A DNA stretch of 64,000 nucleotides from NCBI GenBank assembly GCA_934747885.1, contig CAKVHE010000001.1:364052-428051 (forward strand). Direction: 5' to 3'. The notes beneath the pieces are model-generated. The model ran no database searches, had not been told where the DNA came from, and saw only the letters and a program-made list of their open reading frames with translations. This document shows, in pieces, positions 1-9,518 of this stretch; the first letter of the stretch is position 1; each line of letters begins with the position of its first letter. This DNA comes from an uncultured Clostridia bacterium (GTDB lineage: Bacteria > Bacillota > Clostridia > Christensenellales > UBA1242). The position numbers and the translations under genes are program-made.

Positions 1-1285
1 CTGCCTCACTCATAGTCGACACAATTGTCATAAGTTCGTCTATACGATCAGGCGTTTTGCCACCGTAATACACCTTTAAGCACTCTTTTTTTAGTGCCAT
101 TTCGGCTTCGGTGTAGGCACCTTTGTCGATATTAAAAGTTTCGTTTAAATCAATAGGCACCGGCACCCCGTAAGTTAAATAAGCGCGGTCAAAGGTAATA
201 CGATTGGTTGCATAAGGCTCTAGTTCGGTAAATATTTTTTCGCCAAACGCCGAGGTACGGTCAATGCCCACAATCACCGTAATGGTTCCGCCATTAACAT
301 CGCACATACCCGACATAAATAGTTCACGAATAAACTCCAAATCTTTGTCGCCCGCTTGCTGACATATTTTGGCAAGTTCTACCAAATTGTCTATCAGCAA
401 AATGGCATCTAGCCCCATTTCAATAACGCGTTTTGCGCGTTCCAAACAGAATTTTGCCACTCTAATGGTTTCTTTTGGATCCGACTTTTCAAACCTAATA
501 ATTTCTCTACCCGTTTTATCTTCAAAACTTTTGTAGCGTTCCTTAATTGCGCTAGAAAACAATGGAATAATTTCGGCAGCAAGCCCTTCCTTTTCGGCAC
601 CAGCAAACATTTCCAAATAGTCGGCAAGTTCCGAATTTGCGCCTGAGCAAATTATTGTTCGACCACCAAACATAGCCGGTGCAAAGCCATCTAGTGCCTT
701 TTGCGCACTAGGCTCAGCAAGTTTAAACACGCGTGCACGCAAATTGCTTGGTGTTAGCATATCAAAACTGCCACGCTTTTTAATGGTTTGAATAGAAAGT
801 CTGTTAACCATAACCAACGTTCTAACGCCTTCTTCTTCTGAAAAAGTTAACAAATCAGCTGGTCTAATTTCCACCAACTCAGGGTCCACCTTTTCACAAA
901 AGTTTTCACGGCAAAAGTTTGAAGTATAAAGTTTGCCGGTTTTGGTATAGTCCTCACTTGCATAACCTTCGTACTTGGTTACATGGCGCGACGAACTTTT
1001 GTTGTTTGATGCAGCAAAGGTGTGCACCACATCGTCTAGTTCCGACTTAAATTCGTTTGCAATATAGGTATATGGATCATCTAGGAATTTTTTTTTTGCC
1101 GGTCTACCACGGGTTTCTTTGTTTGCTGGCAATTCACCACCAAAGCAAATTGCAACAATGTGATTAACAAGTTGCTCTTTGGATAGTGACGTTGGCGACT
1201 TTACACCCACGCTACGCCCGAGTTCTCTTAGTTCAATAATACTTTTGGATTGGTAAATTCTTTTTTGTTGCTCAATTAGCGTCAT
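1..1285 (-). CDS. Rho-like protein (Rho_N-type N-terminus plus RecA-type core) with degenerate Walker A/B; its 3' end runs off the left edge of the window
   Basis: This ORF is missing from the supplied track because the frame is open at the window edge. My own translation starts at the ATG (complement of 1283-1285) and gives MTLIEQQKRIYQSKSIIELRELGRSVGVKSPTSLSKEQLVNHIV, a Rho_N/SAP-like helix pair. Later segments DPKETIRVAKFCLERAKRVIEMGLDAILLIDNLVELAK and GGTITVIVGIDRTS parallel E. coli Rho [38 protein letters not shown] and GGSLTIIATALIDTGS (reference from memory). The P-loop position reads GGRTIICSGANSELA. Confidence 0.55.
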   Translation of the reverse strand, partial: MTLIEQQKRIYQSKSIIELRELGRSVGVKSPTSLSKEQLVNHIVAICFGGELPANKETRGRPAKKKFLDDPYTYIANEFKSELDDVVHTFAASNNKSSSRHVTKYEGYASEDYTKTGKLYTSNFCRENFCEKVDPELVEIRPADLLTFSEEEGVRTLVMVNRLSIQTIKKRGSFDMLTPSNLRARVFKLAEPSAQKALDGFAPAMFGGRTIICSGANSELADYLEMFAGAEKEGLAAEIIPLFSSAIKERYKSFEDKTGREIIRFEKSDPKETIRVAKFCLERAKRVIEMGLDAILLIDNLVELAKICQQAGDKDLEFIRELFMSGMCDVNGGTITVIVGIDRTSAFGEKIFTELEPYATNRITFDRAYLTYGVPVPIDLNETFNIDKGAYTEAEMALKKECLKVYYGGKTPDRIDELMTIVSTMSEA

Positions 1286-1538
1286 TTTATCTGTCCCCTT
1301 TTTGAATATTATTGAATAATTATACTATATCTTTGGGCGTTTGTAAATCAATAAATCAAAATTTTTTGAAAAAATTTTACAAAATATACTTTTTTTCGTT
1401 GCCACATAGCAATTTTGCTAGCCAAGTAGCCGCGCCAAAGCGCGAAAATACCTAAGTGCTGGAGCAAACCTGCGCGCAAAAATAAGTAAAAAAGGGAAAG
1501 GCGCCCCGAAACTCGGTGCGCCTCTGGTGGCTTTTGGG

Positions 1539-3038
1539 TTATTTTGTGCGATAAACGACCAACTTTCCTGCCTCGCCGTCCGTGTAAGACGGATTTTGGC
1601 ACGCCAAACTATCTGGACTGATGCGCAAGGCTTTGGCGATGTCAAACAAACTTTCCCCTTCCTTTGCAAAATAGATAGTTAAGGAACCTTTTGGTAGTTT
1701 GACTGGCTCGCCTTCGGTTACCGAATTTACAAAGCAGTCGTATGAAGTTTGGTCAAGCGACAAGGTGCCCGCAAATTCTAGTGACAAATTTAGATCCTTG
1801 CCGGCGCGGTTTTTGTAGCCAATTATGCGCGCGTCTAGTTTTTCGGCAATTTCATAATTTTGCAAGTCTTCGCTAAAAATGCTGGACAAATTAAATGGAA
1901 ATTCTAGGTTTGCACTAATAATTTCGTCAGCGTCGTAGTTTTTGTACAAAACTTCCACACTGGCATTGCCGGCAATATTAACAGTGGAACCATTGGCGTT
2001 AGTGCTTAAAACGGTCAAAACCGGCTTAGATAAGTGCAATATTTCGTCCATACGCTTTTGCGAAGCGGTATCTACCACGGCATTATCTCTCTCGCTAATA
2101 TTTAACATCTTTTTAAACTTGGTGTTATAAATACATTCGCTAGAGAGTTTAACGTTTTGATTTAGGTTAAACATATCCACAACCGATTCTTCGGTGGTTT
2201 CTCTTTTAGTGATAACCACCGCCAAAAGTTCACTGGTTAAATGCAAGGTTGTGCGCGTGCCTGTTTCGTCCACGGTTGGCAAAGCAACGCCGCCTACGCT
2301 TCTTAGTTCTACAAAAACCTTGTCTTCTGGCATAGTGTTTAAAAGAGCAATCTCTTCGGCAAAATCTATGGTTTTTGTGGTTTGCTTAATTGCGCCGTCA
2401 GCATTGTAGCAGAGGTCTTTTACCACTTCGCCTTCCAACAAAACATAGTTGGTTGCTGGTGTAATTTTGTTTAAAATTACGGTATCGGTCACCGCCAAAA
2501 TGTCGTCAATTTTGTCGTTGATGGTTGCATCTTCTTCTACCATAAACTTGCTATTGGCCACGCCAACCAATTCATCAAACGATAAGGTTTCAGTTTTTTC
2601 AATAAAATCTTCCGTACCCGCCGATGCAAAGGTAATTTCCTCAGCGCCAAGCCCAAAGATAGATAACTCTACAACCACTGTTACATCAACAAGGTTTGCG
2701 CCCGCTTTTTTTACCAAAGTTTCTTTTACCACCGGCACGCCATATAGGTTGTCAGCAACGCTCGAAAATTGCAAGCGTTCGTTTAGTGCGATTTCGGCAT
2801 CAACTGCAAAATAATTTTTTGCTTCGTCCATGCACATAATTTTTGTTTGGCAATTGCCCGAAACGATAACCAATTCGCCGGCACGTTCTAGGTCAATTTC
2901 ACCCACGGTTGTGGTTCCGCCAAGCACCTTTTCTAAGGTCTTGTCTGTGGTAATGTTTGCAGTTGTACCTGCTCTAAGTGTAGTAATTTTTAGTAATTTT
3001 TTTGAAATAAGTTGTTTTGTTTTAAAATTTGTTGCCAC
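1539..3038 (-). CDS. SipL/SpoVID-like spore morphogenetic protein (DUF3794/SPOCS region plus C-terminal LysM)
   Basis: A long ORF with a C-terminal LysM-like segment (GESLFDIAKALRISPDSLACQNP). It lies next to veg, as in sporeformers. The start is probably GTG 3038 or TTG 3041, just after a GGAGGA site, rather than the track start at 3080. Confidence 0.55.
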   Translation of the reverse strand: MATNFKTKQLISKKLLKITTLRAGTTANITTDKTLEKVLGGTTTVGEIDLERAGELVIVSGNCQTKIMCMDEAKNYFAVDAEIALNERLQFSSVADNLYGVPVVKETLVKKAGANLVDVTVVVELSIFGLGAEEITFASAGTEDFIEKTETLSFDELVGVANSKFMVEEDATINDKIDDILAVTDTVILNKITPATNYVLLEGEVVKDLCYNADGAIKQTTKTIDFAEEIALLNTMPEDKVFVELRSVGGVALPTVDETGTRTTLHLTSELLAVVITKRETTEESVVDMFNLNQNVKLSSECIYNTKFKKMLNISERDNAVVDTASQKRMDEILHLSKPVLTVLSTNANGSTVNIAGNASVEVLYKNYDADEIISANLEFPFNLSSIFSEDLQNYEIAEKLDARIIGYKNRAGKDLNLSLEFAGTLSLDQTSYDCFVNSVTEGEPVKLPKGSLTIYFAKEGESLFDIAKALRISPDSLACQNPSYTDGEAGKLVVYRTK

Positions 3039-3114
3039 CAAAAAACGTCCTCCTTGACTTTTTAATAAAATATAGTACAAGGAGAACGCGTTTATGACAC
3101 ATTTTTAAAAAATT

Positions 3115-3375
3115 TTAATTTGCGCTAGTAGTTTTTTCGGTTGGCGTAAGCACAAGGTCGCCACACAAAATGTCGGCATACGAAAAACTTTGCTTGCCTT
3201 TTCCGCTAGGGCTTACAATATCTATGGTAAACACGCTAGGGTACACGCTTTCAATAACGCCCACTAGTGATTCCACCCTTTTGCGCCCCAAATTTACTTG
3301 CATATCCACCGATTTGCCCTTTAAATTTTTTATTTCTTCTACAATAGAAGCAATACCACCATTTACTTTTCTCAT
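3115..3375 (-). CDS. veg: Veg (DUF1021) protein
   Basis: An 86 aa product. The segments GRKRVESLVGVIESVYPSVFTI and SFSYADILCGDLVL match the conserved Veg pattern (ETYPSVFVI ... SYSYADILT). Confidence 0.8.
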   Translation of the reverse strand: MRKVNGGIASIVEEIKNLKGKSVDMQVNLGRKRVESLVGVIESVYPSVFTIDIVSPSGKGKQSFSYADILCGDLVLTPTEKTTSAN

Positions 3376-3421
3376 TTTTCACCTACAATCTTTTTTTAAT
3401 TGTTGGCAAAAAACCAAAAAA

Positions 3422-5188
3422 TTATTCAGCGTACAAATTTAATAATTCGTTATAAAACTTAAAGGCAAAGTCGTAAGTGCTAGCGTCCTCAATATCCACC
3501 TCAGCAATTTTTAATAGACTAATTGGGTCAGCCTTGCAACCGGCAGACAAAAATTCTTTATATTTTTTTACATATTCGCCCGTTTGATCGTCCACAATTT
3601 TTTGCGAAATAGCAATTGCCGAAACAAGGCCGGTAGCATACTTGTACACATAAAACGGACGATAAAAATGTGGAATACGGCTCCACTCAAATTTTGCATA
3701 TTCGTGAAGTTCCACTTTGCTGCCAAAATATTGCTTTAACAATTGTTCATAGGCTGCGTTTAAATCTTCGGGCGCCAAGGCTTCGCTATCAGCAATTTTT
3801 TGGTTTATTTGCTTTTCAAATTCCGCAAACATAGTTTGTCTAAACACGGTGGCATAAAAGTTTTGAAGCAAACTTTCGGCAATTGCTTGCTTTTCGATTT
3901 TTGTTTTTGCCATTTTTAGTTTGTATCTTGCAAGCAACATTTCATTTACTGTTGACGCAACTTCGGCAACAAAAATTACATACTGTTGCTTTGGTTCCGG
4001 CTGAGTGGTTTCGCTATAATGCGAATGCATGGCATGACCAAGTTCGTGAGCCAAAGTGCTTGCGTCTTCGGTGGTGCCGGCAAAGTTTAGCATAACATAA
4101 GGGTGACTTACCCCCGTGCTATACGAATAAGCACCACTAGACTTGTTTTCGGTTGGAAAAACATCTATCCAGCGTTCTGCAAAAGCGCGTTCGAGCAATT
4201 TCTGGTAATCGTTACCCAAGCATTTTAGCGCCTCTTTTACTATTTGTTGTGCTTCTTCGTAGGTGATAGTTTTTGCCTTTTCGGTAAATGAATTTGCATA
4301 AAAATCACACACGCGCATTTTTTCAAGATTAAGTTTTTGACGCTTTAATTCCGCAAAGCGGTAAAAATCGGCAAGATGCGAATGCACCGCACCAATTAGG
4401 GTGTTGTACACTTTTTCGGTAACTTCTTCCCCTTCTAGCGCGCGAACAAAATTGTTTGCATATTTGTAGGTTTTTGAAACATAGTTTGAGTATTTTAGTC
4501 TATTTAGATAATTTTTTGTTAAGGTTAAATTAAATTCGCCAAACTTTTTGTGCATATTTTTGTGCGCCATTAGTCTTACATCGGCATTTGGGCTACGCAT
4601 AAACGCCGAATAGGTGGCGTGAGTTAATTCCTTTTTTTCACCGTTTTCAAGCACTGGTTCAAATTTTAGTTCGGCATCACTCAGCGCATCAAACACACTA
4701 TCAAAATCGGTAAATTCGCCCATGCCCGATAGCAAATACTCTTCACTGGCTGGCAAGGTGTGCGGAATTTCCTTTATTAAAAGATCAATAGTGCGGTCGT
4801 AATCTTTAAACCTTTTGTCGGCTTTTAAGCCTTCCAAAAACTCTTTGCCAAGGCTCACGAGTTCTGGCACCACAAAACTTACGGCGCGCGCGTATGCATT
4901 GCCGGCATTATCCACTTTGCCCGAAAGCACAATGGCTTTTGCGTTTGTTATGTCTTCGCTATAAAACAAGTAACTATATAAGCCCAGTTTGGCAAGTTCT
5001 TTTTCTGCCTTTTCTTCTGTCATAAAAAGCGCAAAAACATCGTCTGCGGTTTTTATTTTGCCTTTAAAACTTTCTATCTCAGTCTTAAAATTAGAAAGAG
5101 CCGAAAAAGAATGCTCAATTTCGGCTTCACTTTTAAATATATGAGATAAGTTCCATTTGTAATTGTCCGCTACTTCGGTTCTTTTCAT
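3422..5188 (-). CDS. pepF: Oligoendopeptidase F (M3B metallopeptidase)
   Basis: A 588 aa product with the HELGHAMH zinc motif. Length and layout are typical of PepF. Confidence 0.85.
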   Translation of the reverse strand: MKRTEVADNYKWNLSHIFKSEAEIEHSFSALSNFKTEIESFKGKIKTADDVFALFMTEEKAEKELAKLGLYSYLFYSEDITNAKAIVLSGKVDNAGNAYARAVSFVVPELVSLGKEFLEGLKADKRFKDYDRTIDLLIKEIPHTLPASEEYLLSGMGEFTDFDSVFDALSDAELKFEPVLENGEKKELTHATYSAFMRSPNADVRLMAHKNMHKKFGEFNLTLTKNYLNRLKYSNYVSKTYKYANNFVRALEGEEVTEKVYNTLIGAVHSHLADFYRFAELKRQKLNLEKMRVCDFYANSFTEKAKTITYEEAQQIVKEALKCLGNDYQKLLERAFAERWIDVFPTENKSSGAYSYSTGVSHPYVMLNFAGTTEDASTLAHELGHAMHSHYSETTQPEPKQQYVIFVAEVASTVNEMLLARYKLKMAKTKIEKQAIAESLLQNFYATVFRQTMFAEFEKQINQKIADSEALAPEDLNAAYEQLLKQYFGSKVELHEYAKFEWSRIPHFYRPFYVYKYATGLVSAIAISQKIVDDQTGEYVKKYKEFLSAGCKADPISLLKIAEVDIEDASTYDFAFKFYNELLNLYAE

Positions 5189-5883
5189 AAAATATCCCCT
5201 ATAATTTTTTTCAAACTGTCGCTTGGGTTTAATGCCTCTTGCAAATCAAACCCTTCTTCACTTGGGCGAGATAGTTCGCTAGCAAAAACCATTTGGTCGC
5301 GTAGTTTGCCCATAAGTTTTTGGTACTTAATTTCATTATCCTTAGACAAACTATAATCTGGCTCTTCCATTGCTTTAACTTCCGCCAAGGTTAGCCATTC
5401 GTCACTATTAAGTTCTTTATTTTTTTTGCTTTTTGGCAAAGTTTTTTCTTTCAAACTGCTGCGAATTCTGCCAAACTCTTCAAACTGATCAATAAGTTCC
5501 AGCATTTCTTGTTCAAACAAAATGTTGCTGTTGTTGCCTTTTAGTTCCGGAATTTTGGTAAAAAGTTCATCAAGATAATTACGCCATCTTATGCCAAAAG
5601 TCTTCATTTTTTCCACTTGCAAATTGTTGCGAGTTTCTTGCTCTTTGGCTTGCTCCTTTACCAGTTTTCCTGCCTCATTCATTGCGCGAGATAACATTTT
5701 GTTTTTTTCGGTTAAATCGACAATTTCGCCTTGAAGTTCGTCCACTTGCTTTTTTAGTTCGTTTATACGGTCTTTTTGGTCGCGCGCAGTAATTTCACTC
5801 GCCGACAACATCTTTTTTAAATATTCTTCTACTTCAAGCGCGGTATAGGTTTTTTTATACTTACTTACTTTCGTCTTGTCCAT
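5185..5883 (-). CDS. Coiled-coil protein, DivIVA-like N-terminus (hypothetical)
   Basis: A 232 aa product with heptad-rich Lys/Glu sequence. A GAGGG RBS lies 7 nt upstream of the ATG. The gene overlaps the end of lgt by 23 nt. Confidence 0.4.
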   Translation of the reverse strand: MDKTKVSKYKKTYTALEVEEYLKKMLSASEITARDQKDRINELKKQVDELQGEIVDLTEKNKMLSRAMNEAGKLVKEQAKEQETRNNLQVEKMKTFGIRWRNYLDELFTKIPELKGNNSNILFEQEMLELIDQFEEFGRIRSSLKEKTLPKSKKNKELNSDEWLTLAEVKAMEEPDYSLSKDNEIKYQKLMGKLRDQMVFASELSRPSEEGFDLQEALNPSDSLKKIIGDIL

Positions 5884-6682
5884 TATACGCCCTCACTGTT
5901 TGATTTAATTCCTTCTTTTTTTTATGATCCAAAATATATAGCACGATTAGCAAAGTTAGCCCCGCCACTACCATTAGGCCGGCAATAAGTTGCGACATTG
6001 CCACATTGCCTACCTTGTAAACAAATTCGGCTTGTCTGCGCGTTTCTAAGAAAAACCTTATGGTGCCATAATAAATTAGGTAGGTGCCAAGCACAATTCC
6101 GCGCTTTTTCTTAAAGGTATAAAGCAAAGTTACCAATAGTGCAAAGCCAATCAAATTTAACACAAACTCATAAAAGAACAATGCTTCGTACCATTCGCCG
6201 CCAATTTGAACGGCAAGCGGAAACCACTGCAAACTTTCGTCCAAAATCTCTTTGCCGTATACCTCACCATTAAAATAGTTACCCCAGCGACCAATTGCCT
6301 GTCCCAAAATAACTAGCGGTGCCAAAATATCGGCAAGGCGAAAAAAATCAAGTTTTTTAAAGTGGCAATAAACAACAAGACCAATTGTGCCACCAACCAG
6401 CGCGCCCAAAATGCTAAGTCCACCGCCCTTAAAATCAAAATAATCGGCAAGCGTTAAATTGGGCTCAAAAATTACGGCAAACAAACGCGCCATAAATATG
6501 GCAGACGGTAAAAGCACCAGAACCAAATCGTAAGGCAACGATTGATCAAAACCGCGCTTTTTGCAAAAAAACATTAAAATAAGAAAATCTAAAATTATGG
6601 CGGAAGTTATAATAATTCCGTACCAATATATATCTATGCCAAAAAGCGTAAACGCTACTTTGCTTATCAGTAAGTTTTTCAT
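5861..6682 (-). CDS. lgt: Prolipoprotein diacylglyceryl transferase
   Basis: A 273 aa polytopic membrane protein. The motifs GIDIYWYGIII and GRWGNYFNGEVYG are typical of Lgt. Confidence 0.85.
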   Translation of the reverse strand: MKNLLISKVAFTLFGIDIYWYGIIITSAIILDFLILMFFCKKRGFDQSLPYDLVLVLLPSAIFMARLFAVIFEPNLTLADYFDFKGGGLSILGALVGGTIGLVVYCHFKKLDFFRLADILAPLVILGQAIGRWGNYFNGEVYGKEILDESLQWFPLAVQIGGEWYEALFFYEFVLNLIGFALLVTLLYTFKKKRGIVLGTYLIYYGTIRFFLETRRQAEFVYKVGNVAMSQLIAGLMVVAGLTLLIVLYILDHKKKKELNQTVRAYNGQDESK

Positions 6683-6718
6683 AGTGTAATTATATATTTT
6701 TTAATTATCGTTTGTCAA
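6683..6718 (-). promoter_or_regulatory. Sigma-A type promoter placed for a leaderless lgt mRNA
   Basis: On the minus strand the layout is TTGACA (6718-6713), N18, TATAAT (6694-6689), 6 nt, then ATG (6682). There is no Shine-Dalgarno sequence. Confidence 0.45.
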
Positions 6719-6786
6719 TTGCGAAAAGGCAAAAAACAAAAAGAACTTTGCAAATTGCAAAGTTCTTTTGTTAAATTTTGTCAAGA

Positions 6787-8769
6787 TTAGTCGCCTATTT
6801 CTACGCCACCCTCATTTGGGTCGTTTACTATTCCTGCATTTCCGCCATTGTCGGTTTCTGGAGGAGTAGGTACCTTGCCTGGATCGGTTGGGTTTGGAGT
6901 AGGAGTTGGTTCAGTGGTAGTATCCGGTACACGGGTTTCGGTATCTTGACCACGGTTTGGTGTATCGTTTGCGCCTGGGTTTGCACCTGTGTCTTCACGC
7001 ACATTGTCATCTGGTTTTGGTGTTTTGTCTTTTGCCGGATTGGTTGGAAAGTCAAATGGTTTTCCACCACCGTTACTTGGATCTTTGGTGTCTTCACCCA
7101 CACGTTCAGTTACTTCCGCACCTGATGGGTGAGTGTAATTTTTTTCACCTTTTTTTTCATCGTCTGGTTTTGGAGGTTTTGGATTATCTGGATTATCCGG
7201 ATTGTCTGGGTTATCCGGATTAACAGGTTCGTCAGGGTTCTCTTTGCCGCCACTCTTTCCAATCATTGCAAAGTAAGGAGCGGTTGCATTAAACAAAATT
7301 GCACCTGCAAGCAAACCGGCAACAACACGTTTAAAGGTGCTATTGGTGCTTTTTGTTGGAGCATAAACGGGAACAAAGTATGCAGGAATATCTGTTCTAG
7401 CTTTTACTTTGTTTAGTTCGTATTTAGTGGTATAAGGAACTTTAACACCATATACTTCTCTAAGTTCTTCAAGATGTTTGCCTTCCTTTTTGGTACCCTC
7501 GCTTTCAACCATACTTACCATTTTAGCAAGGTCTTTGCGGGCATGCTTTGCTTCTTTTGAGCCATCTTCTGCCAAAAACTCATCAAACTCTTTGCAAGCG
7601 TTTATACGATCTTCTTTGACGATGCCTTTTCGGCAGCAAGTACGAAACACGCGTTGCATTTTTTCTTCAATGGTCAAGTCATCAAACTTTTTGGTCATTC
7701 TTGCCAATTCTTCTTGCAAATGAGCGGCAAAACTTGCGCTATTTACATAATCTCTAAAATGTGCCTCGTCAACAAGGTCAGTCGCATATAGTTGCTTGTC
7801 AACTTGTATTGCATTTGCACATTTTGACGGACTATTACAATAATGCTTGTAACCATGCATATAGTCATCTATAGATGGCAAACCATAAAAATGCTTTTCA
7901 TCATATTTGTCAATAATCGCTTTATAGTTTGTGCGAGATTTTGCATCAGGCAAAGTATCAACGCTGAAAACCGGCGAAGTCGCCGAATAGGTTCCGGTAC
8001 GAACAAACGAATTTGCCTTTTCGCTAATGCAATCGGTAAATTGCATCATAACCTCTGGTTGATCTTCTATTAGTTCAGCAAGTTTGTTGGCTACTGATCT
8101 GCTAGTGCTATAACCTTTGGTGGTTACCCCCGTCTTTTGCGCGCAAAGCCTTACAAGGTCGGTGGCAGTCATGCTAGTTTCGTAAGGTTTAAAGGCATAT
8201 GTGCTGTCAGCCTCTACGCGTGGAGCATTTTCTACAGTAACCGCAGCGCCAAAACTATCAACTTCTTGGTGTCTTCCGCCATCAAAAACTAGGTATGGTG
8301 CTTTGTTGCCTGCCTCAATAAGTCCATAATACGAAATAATCATTTGCGCTCTAAGGTCAGTTAACGCGGCGTTGGTTGCATTTAGGCGTTTTTGACGCGC
8401 ACGAGCCGATTCTGTACTTGAATGCCACCCTTTTGTGTTTTCTAGTGCTTCTACTAGCGCACCTTCAACAGCAATCAAAAAACGTGTGGTTTCACTAGTA
8501 AAGAAACTTTGGCGTTGTCTGTACTGATCGCTTAAATATCCGTTAAGTTCTAGGCTAAAATCAGTGTTTTGCAATTTTTCAGCCACAGTTTTGTCAAGAT
8601 AAATCTCCGCACCAGTTGCCTTGCAAAGAGATAATGCACTTACCACCGCATTAAGAGCCGGAATTTGCGCACTATTAGAAAAACTACCTTTAAACTTAGT
8701 TTTTGTTAACTTAATTAAGTCAGATTTAAAATCGTCCAAAAAAGATTGATCAATTTTTATTCTTTCCAT
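6787..8769 (-). CDS. Large orphan membrane protein with an extracytoplasmic Pro/Asp/Asn-rich low-complexity tail
   Basis: The start is taken at MERIKIDQ (ATG 8769), which has a GGGGGA RBS. About 500 aa of soluble sequence precede a single TM (VVAGLLAGAILFNATAPYFAMI) and a tail reading NPDEPVNPDNPDNPDNPDNPKPPKPDD. I recognise no family. Confidence 0.6.
   Translation of the reverse strand: MERIKIDQSFLDDFKSDLIKLTKTKFKGSFSNSAQIPALNAVVSALSLCKATGAEIYLDKTVAEKLQNTDFSLELNGYLSDQYRQRQSFFTSETTRFLIAVEGALVEALENTKGWHSSTESARARQKRLNATNAALTDLRAQMIISYYGLIEAGNKAPYLVFDGGRHQEVDSFGAAVTVENAPRVEADSTYAFKPYETSMTATDLVRLCAQKTGVTTKGYSTSRSVANKLAELIEDQPEVMMQFTDCISEKANSFVRTGTYSATSPVFSVDTLPDAKSRTNYKAIIDKYDEKHFYGLPSIDDYMHGYKHYCNSPSKCANAIQVDKQLYATDLVDEAHFRDYVNSASFAAHLQEELARMTKKFDDLTIEEKMQRVFRTCCRKGIVKEDRINACKEFDEFLAEDGSKEAKHARKDLAKMVSMVESEGTKKEGKHLEELREVYGVKVPYTTKYELNKVKARTDIPAYFVPVYAPTKSTNSTFKRVVAGLLAGAILFNATAPYFAMIGKSGGKENPDEPVNPDNPDNPDNPDNPKPPKPDDEKKGEKNYTHPSGAEVTERVGEDTKDPSNGGGKPFDFPTNPAKDKTPKPDDNVREDTGANPGANDTPNRGQDTETRVPDTTTEPTPTPNPTDPGKVPTPPETDNGGNAGIVNDPNEGGVEIGD
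7181..7225. repeat. 9 bp x 5 in-frame tandem repeat encoding (NPD)n
   Basis: The units are ggattatct ggattatcc ggattgtct gggttatcc ggattaaca. They lie inside CDS 6787-8769. Confidence 0.8.
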
Positions 8770-8892
8770 AAAAAATCCCCCACAGAATTTTCTTTTTTGT
8801 AATGCCAATTATAGCACAATTGTTCGGTTTTGTCAATAGTGCCCCTCAAATTAGGCTCCGCATACTGCGCCACCATATAGTAATACTTTATG

Positions 8893-9516
8893 TTATTCAT
8901 CAATCTCTTTGCCAAGCACTTTGCTAACCGAATTTTTTATTTCAGTGTAGCCAAAACCTTTGCCGGCAAGATGCCTTATTAACTTTTCTTTTAAGCCTTC
9001 TACCCCGCTTTTGCTTTTTACAAATTTTTCGGCAAAGCGGTCACAATTTTGTTGTTCGACGTCTACATCCAAATTATCTAGTACTTCTTTTGCGACTTCG
9101 CGGCTTACGCCCTTTTGCACTAGTTTACTTTCCAAATCGCGCCTGCTTCGGGTGGTATTTTGTGACACATAGCACCTCGCATAAACGCTGTCATTTACTA
9201 GTTTTAAACGGGCTAAGCTTTCTAGCGCGGCATCAATTTGCGCCGGCTCAAACCCTTTGGTTATTAGTTTTGTTTTTAGCCCCGCACAGGTGTACAATCG
9301 ACGCTCCAAAAGTTTTAGTGCCTGTCTTTTGGCGCGCTCCACTTCACTTTCTTCGGCAATTTTCAAAAGCTCATCTTCGGTTATTTCTTTGCCAACTTTT
9401 AAAAAGTTTTTATAAACCGTTTCTATTTCTAACGCAACAAAATATTCACCATTTAAAAAAATATTTGCACGAGATTTGTTTTTGCTTTGCACTTTAATTT
9501 GAGTAATCTTTGACAT
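8893..9516 (-). CDS. recX: Recombination regulator RecX
   Basis: A 207 aa product. The N-terminal IFLNGEYFVALEIETV segment and the repeated three-helix modules (ALKLLERRLYT, LVNDSVYA) are typical of RecX. Confidence 0.75.
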   Translation of the reverse strand: MSKITQIKVQSKNKSRANIFLNGEYFVALEIETVYKNFLKVGKEITEDELLKIAEESEVERAKRQALKLLERRLYTCAGLKTKLITKGFEPAQIDAALESLARLKLVNDSVYARCYVSQNTTRSRRDLESKLVQKGVSREVAKEVLDNLDVDVEQQNCDRFAEKFVKSKSGVEGLKEKLIRHLAGKGFGYTEIKNSVSKVLGKEIDE

Positions 9517-9518
9517 AA

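Noticed and set aside
2449-2814. Plus-strand ORFs of 62-121 aa within 1942-3057.
   Set aside because: They are antisense to the SipL/SpoVID-like gene. They have a Ser/Thr/Val-rich mirror composition and no RBS.
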